A stretch of DNA of 64,000 nt, taken from IMG/VR virus record IMGVR_UViG_3300033066_001190, positions 1 to 64,000 of that record; one strand, written 5' to 3'. The notes below the pieces were generated by a model. The model ran no database searches and was not told where the DNA came from. It saw only the letters and a list, made by a program, of their open reading frames with translations. Each line of letters starts with the position of its first letter. Within the stretch, counting starts at the first letter, position 1. The translations under genes were made by a program, and so were the position numbers. This DNA comes from a virus (Duplodnaviria; Caudoviricetes). Positions 47,688 to 56,645 of this stretch are shown here, in pieces.

Positions 47688-48208
47688 TTTGGTTATATGC
47701 AGGGCATAATAATGGGGACTGCGGAGCAATTGCAAATGGTGTAAAAGAAGCAGATTTAACAAAGGAGCTTAGAAACCTTGTCAAGCAAAAGCTTGATGCA
47801 AAAGGTGTAAAAGTCACAATTGATGACGATGCTGATAATTTAATTACAACAATCAAAAAAACAAAATCAACAGAAAATGACGTTATTATTGATATACATT
47901 TTAACAGTAGTGCTAGTGTCAGTGCCACAGGAGTAGAAACCTTAATTCCTGATAGGTTCACTGTAAAAGAACAAAATTTAGCTAAAATTATTTCTGCTGG
48001 AATTGCTAAGACATTAGGAATTAAAGATAGAGGTGTAAAAACTGAAATTGATTCCCATAGAGGTAGATTAGGTATTTTACATCCAGCAGGAACAAATGTC
48101 CTTATTGAGGTGTGCTTTATTTCTAATCTTAAAGATTTACAAAGCTACCAAATCAAGAAAAATTTAGTAGCAGATGTTATTGTTAACAGTTTAATTGGAT
48201 TAAAATGA
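47684..48208 (+). CDS. N-acetylmuramoyl-L-alanine amidase (Amidase_3) endolysin
   Basis: AGH...D.GA...EA; IDIHFNS; GVET; VLIEVCFISN..D. Confidence 0.95.
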   Translation: MIWLYAGHNNGDCGAIANGVKEADLTKELRNLVKQKLDAKGVKVTIDDDADNLITTIKKTKSTENDVIIDIHFNSSASVSATGVETLIPDRFTVKEQNLAKIISAGIAKTLGIKDRGVKTEIDSHRGRLGILHPAGTNVLIEVCFISNLKDLQSYQIKKNLVADVIVNSLIGLK

Positions 48209-48921
48209 AAAAAGTAATAGAATTCTTTAGTGATAAATTAAATAGAGTGGCAACAATAGGTGTTGTTGTTATTATTGTTTTAATTCTTTTGTTAGCAAAA
48301 TGTGGTTCTAAAAAATCAAACCTCGATTCAGCATTGACATCTTTGGATTCTTTGAAGATGGAATTTACAGTGAAACATGCTAAAGACAGCTCTATCATAG
48401 CTGAACAGGCTTTGCTGATAGTAGATAAGGACAATGCAATGATTAAACAAATAGAAAAGTTTGAAAAATTATCTAAAGTTAAAGCTAAGATTAGCACTAT
48501 CACTGTTACCAAGATTGATTCCGTACTTATCCCTATTGAAAAGCCTATTGTTATAACCATCGTAGATTCCTTAAACGATTCTACTAAATACCTAAAAACT
48601 CCTGCTGATTTTGAGGTTTCTAAGCCTGATTATTCAATCAAAGGAACTATCACTGATTCTTCTGTATTAGTTAAATCTATCCTAATTCCAGATACATCAA
48701 CAATCATCATTGGAGATAAATCTACAGGATTATTCAAAAGACAATCTATTGTAAGAATCAAACATTCAAACCCCTTTATTCAACAATCTTCAATGAACAA
48801 TGTAGTTGTAAAGGATGATAAAATTAATAAACCTGTTGTAGGATTTATTATAGGTGGAGCTACAGGAATTGTAGCTGCAACAATTGTTAATGTATTAGTA
48901 AACTCTTTAAAACCTCGATAA
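48205..48921 (+). CDS. Spanin-like protein
   Basis: N-terminal hydrophobic segment ending LAKC, coiled coil, C-terminal TM; follows the endolysin. Confidence 0.5.
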   Translation: MKKVIEFFSDKLNRVATIGVVVIIVLILLLAKCGSKKSNLDSALTSLDSLKMEFTVKHAKDSSIIAEQALLIVDKDNAMIKQIEKFEKLSKVKAKISTITVTKIDSVLIPIEKPIVITIVDSLNDSTKYLKTPADFEVSKPDYSIKGTITDSSVLVKSILIPDTSTIIIGDKSTGLFKRQSIVRIKHSNPFIQQSSMNNVVVKDDKINKPVVGFIIGGATGIVAATIVNVLVNSLKPR

Positions 48922-49043
48922 TGGCAGCTAAACCCACTAGTAATAACTTTTCACCTAAACCTAAGAAAGGTAAATCTAAAGCTAAAAAGAAATTAAATAA
49001 ATCAGAAAAGAAGAATAAAAAGCCATACAAAGGTCAAGGTTAA
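48921..49043 (+). CDS. 40-aa Lys-rich peptide ending YKGQG (not in the ORF track)
   Basis: MAAKPTSNNFSPKPKKGKSKAKKKLNKSEKKNKKPYKGQG; TAATG coupling. Confidence 0.7.
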   Translation: MAAKPTSNNFSPKPKKGKSKAKKKLNKSEKKNKKPYKGQG

Positions 49044-49067
49044 AAAATATTGTTGTTGATTGTTGTT

Positions 49068-49110
49068 AAGCCCTCCTTGTTACAAGTCTGTAATTTTGGA
49101 GGGTTTTTCT
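49068..49110 (+). terminator. Terminator after the lysis cassette
   Basis: AAGCCCTCC...GGAGGGTTTTT. Confidence 0.7.
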
Positions 49111-49343
49111 TTATTGACTAAAGAACAGTTTTCCTCTGCAAATCATTAGGTTTGAAGGTCTCTAGTCTTCTTTTGAGAGATGTTTTGTAGCAGTGATTTT
49201 ATGAAGTCCTTGTTGGAAAACTGTAAAAAGCAGAATGATCTGTTAAGAGCAAGGGTATAAAATGCCTCACTACTATCGGTGACTATTTCAACACCTTTTT
49301 GTAATTAGCTTTCACTAACTCTGCTTCCAGTTGGAACATAAAT

Positions 49344-49459
49344 AAAAAACCCCCACTTTTTCAAGTGAGGGCTGTTCCAAAAGCCTCACTAAATGCTGAG
49401 ACCCAAGTAGAGAGGTTAGGAACAATATCTTACAACATTAGTTCTCAGTTAATGGTTGT
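49344..49459 (-). ncRNA. Candidate small RNA with kissing loops and an intrinsic terminator
   Basis: Promoter TTTG-N18-TAATTTTG (49491-49462); two hairpins with complementary loops CTGAGA/TCTCAG; terminator GCCCTCACT..AGTGGGGG followed by T6. Confidence 0.6.
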
Positions 49460-49561
49460 TACAAAATTAATACTTTTATCGAAATTACAAAATAAATTGT
49501 CATTAAATTCATTTATTTTGTTTATCAATTTCTGATACTCAAAAATAAAAACTATATTCAA

Positions 49562-49987
49562 ATGACCAAAACAAAAACTGTTAAAAAAAGTAAAAAGAAG
49601 GTAGATAAAGTTGCTTTGATGTCGTTCTTAAAACTAAAAGCAAGAGAGCTGACCTATTCTAGAACCAAGTGGGAAGTAATAATATATGGATTATTAAAAG
49701 AACAAGGTATATTATTTGAATTTCAAGAGCCTATAATCACTAAAAATGGACATGGGTATATTGCTGATTTCTTAATCAAAGGTACAAACCTTATAATAGA
49801 AATAGATGGTAAGCAATGGCATGGAACTAAAGAGCAACAAAAAAAGGATAACTTGAGATCAAGAAGATTAAGAAAAGACGGTTATGAAATTTTAAGACTT
49901 TGGAATTCTCAAGTGAGTGTTTGTTCGAAACAAGATTTGATTAAAATAATAAAACAGGCTATAGATAATGCTACTAAGGTATTGTAA
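49562..49987 (+). CDS. DUF559/Vsr-like endonuclease
   Basis: T..E...L...FEFQ.PI...YIADF...LIIEIDG..H...D..R...L...GY.ILR..N. Confidence 0.88.
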   Translation: MTKTKTVKKSKKKVDKVALMSFLKLKARELTYSRTKWEVIIYGLLKEQGILFEFQEPIITKNGHGYIADFLIKGTNLIIEIDGKQWHGTKEQQKKDNLRSRRLRKDGYEILRLWNSQVSVCSKQDLIKIIKQAIDNATKVL

Positions 49988-51434
49988 TACGTCTTCGACA
50001 ATATATCCCACTGATTACCAGATGATTGTAGTTGATTCATCTGGAGGGGATATTACGCTAACTCTTCCTGATATATCTTCAATATTTCCCCCTGGAGTAC
50101 CCACTACAATTACAGACACTGTTAATTCGATTGTTTACAACATAGGAATGTATCAAATGACAGTGGTTAAATCAAGTGCTGCTAATACAATAACTTTAGA
50201 ACCTCCATCAGGAGTTACAATTGATAACACAACTTCTTATGATTTAACAGCTTTAAATGAAACTGTAACATTTACATTTGACTATGCTCTTAAAAACTAT
50301 AGACTTCTCTCTACAGCCTCTCAATCTGTTTCTTCTGGCACTGTAACTTCTGTAGCAGCCCTGACAATAGGAACAACAGGTACAGATGTTACATCTACTG
50401 TAGTCAATCCCACCACAACCCCTGTAATCACTCTTAATATCCCAACAGCCTCTGCTACAAATAGAGGAGCTTTAAGTTCTACAGATTGGTCAACTTTTAA
50501 TAGTAAACAAGCAGCAATAACCACTGGAACAACTTCTCAATATTTTAGAGGAGATTTATCTCTGGCTACATTTCCAACAAATGTTTCCTCTTTTACAAAC
50601 GATGTTGGTTACATCACTTCCTCTGCTTTAAGTCCTTATTTAACTTCTGCTACAGCAGCGTTGACTTATCAACCAATAGGAAGTTATCAAACTCAACTAA
50701 ATGGAACAGGGTTTATTAAAATATCTGGGACAACAATTAGTTATGATAACTCCACATACTTAACAACATCTTCTGCTGCTTCTACTTATCAGCCTTTAGA
50801 TGCCACATTAACAGCTCTAGCAGCTTATAACACAAATGGTATAATTGTACAAACAGCAGCAGATACATTTACAGGCAGAACACTAACATCTTCAAATGCT
50901 GCTATAACAGTAACAAATGGAGATTGTGTTTCTGGAAACCCAACAATTCTTTCTAACAACAACACAATTACACTTGCTAATAGATATTTAAATACGTCTA
51001 CAGCAGGTACAACAGAAGAAATTGTTTATTCGCTACTGATTCCTTCTGGTACGTTATCTTCAACAGATGCATTAAAAGTACAAGCAGCAGCTAAGTTTAA
51101 TACGGCTGCAAATGCTGTAATTCGTTATTATTTTAACACATCTGTTACATTGGCAGGAGCAACACAATGGGCGCAAGTAGGTACAGCTAACCAAGTGACA
51201 CAAGTGTTAACAAGAACAATTTGGAATACAGGGGCTGTAAACACTAATCAAGTGATGATCACTGTTACCACATCACTTGCCTCTGATGAAACAGGTGGAG
51301 CATTAAATACTACATTTCCAGCTACATCAATAAATTTTGGAGTAGATCAATACCTCCTTATTTCATTAGCTGGTTCTGCATCAGGAACAAATCAAATTAA
51401 AACAGTGATTGTAGAGAAAAAATTACAAGTATGA
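49968..51434 (+). CDS. Tail fibre protein
   Basis: T/S-rich; [22 protein letters not shown] and [12 protein letters not shown] fibre modules. Confidence 0.8.
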   Translation: MLLRYCNTSSTIYPTDYQMIVVDSSGGDITLTLPDISSIFPPGVPTTITDTVNSIVYNIGMYQMTVVKSSAANTITLEPPSGVTIDNTTSYDLTALNETVTFTFDYALKNYRLLSTASQSVSSGTVTSVAALTIGTTGTDVTSTVVNPTTTPVITLNIPTASATNRGALSSTDWSTFNSKQAAITTGTTSQYFRGDLSLATFPTNVSSFTNDVGYITSSALSPYLTSATAALTYQPIGSYQTQLNGTGFIKISGTTISYDNSTYLTTSSAASTYQPLDATLTALAAYNTNGIIVQTAADTFTGRTLTSSNAAITVTNGDCVSGNPTILSNNNTITLANRYLNTSTAGTTEEIVYSLLIPSGTLSSTDALKVQAAAKFNTAANAVIRYYFNTSVTLAGATQWAQVGTANQVTQVLTRTIWNTGAVNTNQVMITVTTSLASDETGGALNTTFPATSINFGVDQYLLISLAGSASGTNQIKTVIVEKKLQV

Positions 51435-51640
51435 TATTAATAGATAGCGTAGATAAAACAATACTAATAGGCAACCAAATCCAAACCTTTGATAATGCAG
51501 AATTGATAGATAAAGATGAAATTGGAATTTGGCTAAATCTATCTAATGGAGAAACCACAAATGTAAAAAGGTTGCTCTTTGTGTCTACTTTAATAGACAA
51601 TGATATATTAACTGAAGAAAGTTTACAACGATTGTTGTGA
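51431..51640 (+). CDS. Small protein, possible fibre chaperone
   Basis: ATGA-coupled to the fibre gene. Confidence 0.5.
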   Translation: MILIDSVDKTILIGNQIQTFDNAELIDKDEIGIWLNLSNGETTNVKRLLFVSTLIDNDILTEESLQRLL

Positions 51641-51683
51641 AATCAAATAAAAAACATATACATTTACAAAAACAAATTTAAAC

Positions 51684-52994
51684 ATGACATTAAAAGAACA
51701 AACAGACAATTACCTTGAGACTAATTTTGATAACATTCTAGCACTAAAATGTCTTCCCAACTTTAAATGGAGTTCAATAGCTAATGAAATTTCTCCAAAC
51801 ACAAACGGAGAATATGTAAGAACTCGATTTAGATACATGATGAAAAATCACAATCCTTTATTAAAATCAGCAGCTAAAAAGCACCAAGAAACTTTCCAAT
51901 ATTTAAACGGATTAGATTTAAAAGATAAAGGTACAAAAGAGTTTACATTTTCAGCAGATAAAATCCCTACAGAAGAAGAAATTGTTAAACATTTCAACAT
52001 TGATTTGACAAAATGGGAAATCTCCCAAATCTACCATAAAACCTCGTTTGGGGGTAAATATGCAATAACAGTTAATCAAAGGTTGTTAACAGGTGCTGAT
52101 AGTGTTGATTACAAGAAATTGTTTCAAGAGTTTATTGAAAGTAGAAATTTATCTATTTTAAATAGAGATTTATCTTTTTTAAAAAATGATAAAATAACTA
52201 ATAAAGAAATAGAAAATGCTTTAATTTTAAGTTTGTCAGATTTGCATTTAGATAGCAAAAGTTATGAGGGTGAGGTTGGGGCAGAATCAGGTATAGAGCT
52301 ATCTATTAAAAGAGCAAAAGATGCAGTTAAAGATATTATATACAGAGCTTCTTATGGACATGGTTTAGAAAAAATAATAATAATAGGAGGAAATGATTTT
52401 TTTCATGGAAATAATGCAAAAGGAACAACAGAAAAAGGTACTCCTCTGGATGTAGATAACAGGTGGTCAAAATCCTTTAAACAAGGTTTGGAACTTATTT
52501 CGTGGATAATTGATCTGGCAAATACTTTTGCCCCTGTTGATTATTATACTTGTTATGGTAATCACTCTCCCGAAAGAGAATTTTATCTTGCTGTAGCATT
52601 AGAAGGTCTTTATAGAAATAATAAACAAGTAAAAATAGAAACTGGCGAATCAACAAGAAAATATTTTACTTATGGTAATTCTGCATTTATGTTGTGCCAC
52701 GATGCTCCTAAAAGAGTTAAAGATTGCCCAACTGTATTTATAACTGAGCAACCAAAATTATATGCAGAAGCTAAATATAGATTTCTTTTAACAGGACATT
52801 TACATTCAAAACAAGAAACCTTTTTTATAAGTACTTCTGAAAATTTTGGTCTTTTGTGGAAAAGATTGCCATCGTTATCAAAAATAGACAAGTGGCATTT
52901 TGATAATTTTTTTATAGGAAATCAAAAATCTGCAATAGGTTTAATAATTAATAAAAATCATGGAGAAATAGCAGAATATGTCTACAATGAATAA
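51684..52994 (+). CDS. Calcineurin-like metallophosphoesterase with N-terminal HTH-like region
   Basis: SDLH, GNDFFH, GNH, CH and GHLH motifs. Confidence 0.88.
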   Translation: MTLKEQTDNYLETNFDNILALKCLPNFKWSSIANEISPNTNGEYVRTRFRYMMKNHNPLLKSAAKKHQETFQYLNGLDLKDKGTKEFTFSADKIPTEEEIVKHFNIDLTKWEISQIYHKTSFGGKYAITVNQRLLTGADSVDYKKLFQEFIESRNLSILNRDLSFLKNDKITNKEIENALILSLSDLHLDSKSYEGEVGAESGIELSIKRAKDAVKDIIYRASYGHGLEKIIIIGGNDFFHGNNAKGTTEKGTPLDVDNRWSKSFKQGLELISWIIDLANTFAPVDYYTCYGNHSPEREFYLAVALEGLYRNNKQVKIETGESTRKYFTYGNSAFMLCHDAPKRVKDCPTVFITEQPKLYAEAKYRFLLTGHLHSKQETFFISTSENFGLLWKRLPSLSKIDKWHFDNFFIGNQKSAIGLIINKNHGEIAEYVYNE

Positions 52995-54279
52995 CAAGCT
53001 CGAAATATTTAAATTTACAAAACATACAAGAGAAGAAATTGACAAAATAGGGATATATAAAATATCTTTAAAAAATGATTTCAAAAACCGATGTTATATA
53101 GGCTCTGCATTAATTACAGATAAAAGAAAAAGTCACCGTGGATTTTTTGTAAGATGGAAATCTCATTTAGAAGAATTAGAGAAAAATAAACATCATAGTC
53201 AAAAGTTGCAAAATGCCGTAAATAAATACGGAATTGAAAATCTTTGTTTTGAGATATTGGAATATTTATCAGACGGATTAACAAAAAAAGAATACGAAAA
53301 AATAGAAACGGAATACATAAAATTGTATAAAGCCTCTACATCAGGTTTCAATATTTGTCATATAGCAGGAACTTCAAAAGGTCTTAAAAAATCATTGAAG
53401 CAAAGATTAAAAAACTCTATAGCTAAAAGCAAAGGTAAGATATATCAATATTCTAAAGAAGGTCTCTTTTTAAAAGAGTACGATTCATTATTAGAGATAA
53501 AGTTTGACTATCCTGACATTAACAAGAATAGTATGTTATCAGGTTTAAAAAATGTAAATCGTCCTTACTATCGAAATTTTTATTGGTTTAGGGAATACAA
53601 AGGAGATAAGATTGACGTAAGTATTTATAAAAGAGAAATTAAATCTAGTTATAGAAATATACACCAATACGATTTAGATGGAAACTTGATAAAAATTTGG
53701 GATTCTTTAAAAGACTTAGAAAAAGCAGGGTTTTTACAAACTTGGAATATATCCTCTTGTATAAGAGGTTTAAAGAAAACCGCATATTCTTTTTACTGGT
53801 CAAATGGATTTATTTCAAAAGACATGATTGTAAAACCAACTCATACATATTTTATTAATAGGCCTTTTAAAGAACAAATAAAAAGACAAAAAAAAGTATA
53901 TCAATATAATTTAGTTGGAGATTTTGTTAAAGAATGGACAAGTATTAAAAAAGCTGAAGAAGCCCTAGGAATAAATAACATAAGCGCTAATTTAAGAAAA
54001 CTGCGAAATAGTGCAGGAGGATTTCAATGGAGTTTTATAAAATATGATAGATTAAAACCTCATTATTGTCCAGAAAAAGCAATTGATTCCAAAAAGGAAT
54101 TTAAAGTATTTCAATATAGTTTAGATGGTACATTTCTAAAAGAGTGGACTGGAGCTAAAGAAGCATCCAAAACATTAAATATTAATCGGGAATGCATTAG
54201 ACTCAGTTGTGTGGGTAAAAATAAAACAGGAGGAGGATATATTTGGAAATATGAAAAAGAACACTTATTAAATAACTAA
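52978..54279 (+). CDS. GIY-YIG homing endonuclease with four NUMOD1-like repeats
   Basis: GIYKI...YIGSA...RW..H; four QY.L.G..LK.W.S modules. Confidence 0.92.
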   Translation: MSTMNNKLEIFKFTKHTREEIDKIGIYKISLKNDFKNRCYIGSALITDKRKSHRGFFVRWKSHLEELEKNKHHSQKLQNAVNKYGIENLCFEILEYLSDGLTKKEYEKIETEYIKLYKASTSGFNICHIAGTSKGLKKSLKQRLKNSIAKSKGKIYQYSKEGLFLKEYDSLLEIKFDYPDINKNSMLSGLKNVNRPYYRNFYWFREYKGDKIDVSIYKREIKSSYRNIHQYDLDGNLIKIWDSLKDLEKAGFLQTWNISSCIRGLKKTAYSFYWSNGFISKDMIVKPTHTYFINRPFKEQIKRQKKVYQYNLVGDFVKEWTSIKKAEEALGINNISANLRKLRNSAGGFQWSFIKYDRLKPHYCPEKAIDSKKEFKVFQYSLDGTFLKEWTGAKEASKTLNINRECIRLSCVGKNKTGGGYIWKYEKEHLLNN

Positions 54280-54288
54280 AATAATGGA

Positions 54289-54322
54289 AAACAGGGAGGT
54301 GTTAAAACTTCTCTGTTTTTTT
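54289..54322 (+). terminator. Intrinsic terminator, overlapping a candidate late promoter
   Basis: AAAACAGGGAGGT-GTTAAA-ACTTCTCTGTTTTTTT. Confidence 0.8.
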
Positions 54323-54351
54323 GTTTATAATAGCTTGTTAAGGTCTATTTT

Positions 54352-55086
54352 ATGCAGAAAACAGTAAGACAATTTATATCAGATATAGCTCAATCAGTTA
54401 ATGCTGAAAATGGAGATGATTTTATTTCTCCTAAATACATTTATAGCACTTCTCAAAGTGTAATAAGTGATTTTTTAAAGAAATCTAATTCTGGAGAAAG
54501 GTTAACATTTAAAATAATTGAAGGATGGTCTGAAATACCTGTACTCCCTATGATTTCTGTTCCTATTACAGAATGTAATCTAGGAGTAAATGTTTGCCAA
54601 AGATTAATGAGAAGTCAGTATAGGTTACCTGAAATGTACGAAAGTAAGTTTGGGGGACTGATTAAAATGGTGATTGCTCTTAATTTAGCTACAGAATATA
54701 AGCCTTGTTTTTCTGCTGCTAATTGGGTAGCTAAGTCTAAAAGACCTTATGGAAATGAAAAATATTATTTCTTTTCAGATGGATACTTATACATCCCTAT
54801 TAAAAAGGGAGATGATGAAAGTCCTGAAATCCTAAGATTGGAAGCATATTTCAAAAATAAGAAAGAAGTAAATGATTTCAACACTTTAATAAATGGAACT
54901 TGTGAATCTTGCAATACTAAAGTAGAAAACTGCAAACCTTTTCTAGATTACCCTATGGTAATACCCTATTACCTAGAAAATGATGTAAAGAAAGAAGTTA
55001 TTCAATTAATGCTTCGTAGATCACAAATTCAACCTGATGAGAATCCTAATTTAAACAGTTTACAAAAAGTTAACCAAAGTAAGTAA
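54352..55086 (+). CDS. Putative tail ring protein
   Basis: RS..RLP, YYFFSDGYLYI, C.PFLDYP; crAss tail-module synteny. Confidence 0.6.
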   Translation: MQKTVRQFISDIAQSVNAENGDDFISPKYIYSTSQSVISDFLKKSNSGERLTFKIIEGWSEIPVLPMISVPITECNLGVNVCQRLMRSQYRLPEMYESKFGGLIKMVIALNLATEYKPCFSAANWVAKSKRPYGNEKYYFFSDGYLYIPIKKGDDESPEILRLEAYFKNKKEVNDFNTLINGTCESCNTKVENCKPFLDYPMVIPYYLENDVKKEVIQLMLRRSQIQPDENPNLNSLQKVNQSK

Positions 55087-55709
55087 TGCAACTAGTAACA
55101 AAGAAAGGTATAACAAGAACTGGTCACAAAGAAAATGTATTTGATGCAGCTCTTTGTGAGAGGATAAGAAAAAGGTTAAAGCTGGATAAAAAACAATTAA
55201 GCAATGTAACCATTAGGAAAATAATCAAACAGTCTAATGAAGAAATAGGTAATCTGATTGTTAACAATTCAGAAGGGTATAAATTAGAATATGGATTTGA
55301 TTCAAAAAAACCAATGGGAGTAATAGCTCCTTCTAAACACCTACCTAAAGAATTTAGGGAAGATAGGGAAGAAAAGCTGCAAGAAATCAAGGAATTGGTA
55401 ATGCCAGAGCATTATAAAAAACAAATATTAAAAAGGTATGGTGTAGAGATTGATCATGCTTTAGATTATGATAAGCTATCAAAATTAAAGGTAAAGCTCC
55501 CTCACTTAAACCTAGACACATACTTTTATAAATACCGCATCATGTGGTTTAATCACAGAAATTGTAAAGATAGAAAAGCAAGGTGTTATACATTTAATGC
55601 AAGTAGGGTTTTAAATAAAAAATTTGCAGATCTTATATGGTCAGGAAAAGATTATTATGAATGGAACTTTAGTGATTTTTATGGTTATAAGGTTAATTCA
55701 GAATGGTAA
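55086..55709 (+). CDS. IHF-like protein of the crAss tail module
   Basis: II...N..I...I....EG.KL...MG...HLN..T..Y.YRI.W...Y.F...R...K; synteny. Confidence 0.6.
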   Translation: MQLVTKKGITRTGHKENVFDAALCERIRKRLKLDKKQLSNVTIRKIIKQSNEEIGNLIVNNSEGYKLEYGFDSKKPMGVIAPSKHLPKEFREDREEKLQEIKELVMPEHYKKQILKRYGVEIDHALDYDKLSKLKVKLPHLNLDTYFYKYRIMWFNHRNCKDRKARCYTFNASRVLNKKFADLIWSGKDYYEWNFSDFYGYKVNSEW

Positions 55710-55721
55710 TAAATATTAAAA

Positions 55722-56645
55722 ATGGCAGATTATGATTTAGTTCCAGCAGATCAATTGCTGGCTCGTTTACAAGAAGAACTCTCTACGTACACAGCAAATG
55801 GTGTATTAGATACATCCGAATTATACCCTCAATTAATTTGGTTTGCTAATCTTTTGAATTTAGCAGTGTATCAACAAGAAGAAACAATTTTAAAGTTAGA
55901 AGATTATAGAGCTGAACTACCTTGTGATTTCTTTTTACTAGATTCTGCTTGGTTATGTGATACTAAAGCTTCTCACAATCAACTTAATTTTCAATCTTCT
56001 TTAGTTGTTTACACCGAAACTACAAATGAAACTGTTGGTAATGATGTAAATTGTGGATTACCTAACAATTACAATGCAACGGGATATTTGAATATTTCTG
56101 CTTGTAATATGGACACTCCTGTATTTAATAAACAAACCACTAAAGAATATGTTTATTCTGGAGTAAACCCTATTACATGGAAAAACCCTGTTTTACTTTC
56201 TTACAAAAAAGGTAAGTCATTAAGGCAGAATTGTGCTAAAGATTGTGCAAACTTGTTTTCAAGATTTCCTCAAGAAATTTCAATTAACAAAATAGGTAAT
56301 TCTTCTTACTTATATTCTACACTAAAAGAAGCTATTATTTATGTTAAATACTATGCATGGCCTGTAGACAAAGAAACAAACATTCCTTTAATTCCTAATG
56401 ATGTATATCTACAAGAATGTTTATTTAAACACTTGACGTATTACTTCTTCAAAAAGATCTATTTAAATGGAGATGATACAAATTTGGAAAATAAATTAAC
56501 ATTTACAAAACAAGAAGGTGAATTAGGTATTAGGGCAGCAATGAATTATGCTAAAATGCCATCATTCAATAAAATGGTTCAATTAGGTAAAAGAGCTAGA
56601 AAACGCTTTGCTTCTTACGAAGTTATGAGTGGATATCACTATTAA
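55722..56645 (+). CDS. Tail tubular/ring protein
   Basis: YRAELPCDF...I.VKYYA.PVD.E..P.IP.. Confidence 0.7.
   Translation: MADYDLVPADQLLARLQEELSTYTANGVLDTSELYPQLIWFANLLNLAVYQQEETILKLEDYRAELPCDFFLLDSAWLCDTKASHNQLNFQSSLVVYTETTNETVGNDVNCGLPNNYNATGYLNISACNMDTPVFNKQTTKEYVYSGVNPITWKNPVLLSYKKGKSLRQNCAKDCANLFSRFPQEISINKIGNSSYLYSTLKEAIIYVKYYAWPVDKETNIPLIPNDVYLQECLFKHLTYYFFKKIYLNGDDTNLENKLTFTKQEGELGIRAAMNYAKMPSFNKMVQLGKRARKRFASYEVMSGYHY

Noticed and set aside
49110-49987. Group I intron encoding the DUF559 nuclease
   Set aside because: No interrupted host gene and no recognisable P7 core; the RNA structure favours the strand opposite the nuclease.
52978-54279. Intron-encoded endonuclease splitting the phosphoesterase
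   Set aside because: The phosphoesterase has all its motifs before its stop, so the endonuclease is free-standing.
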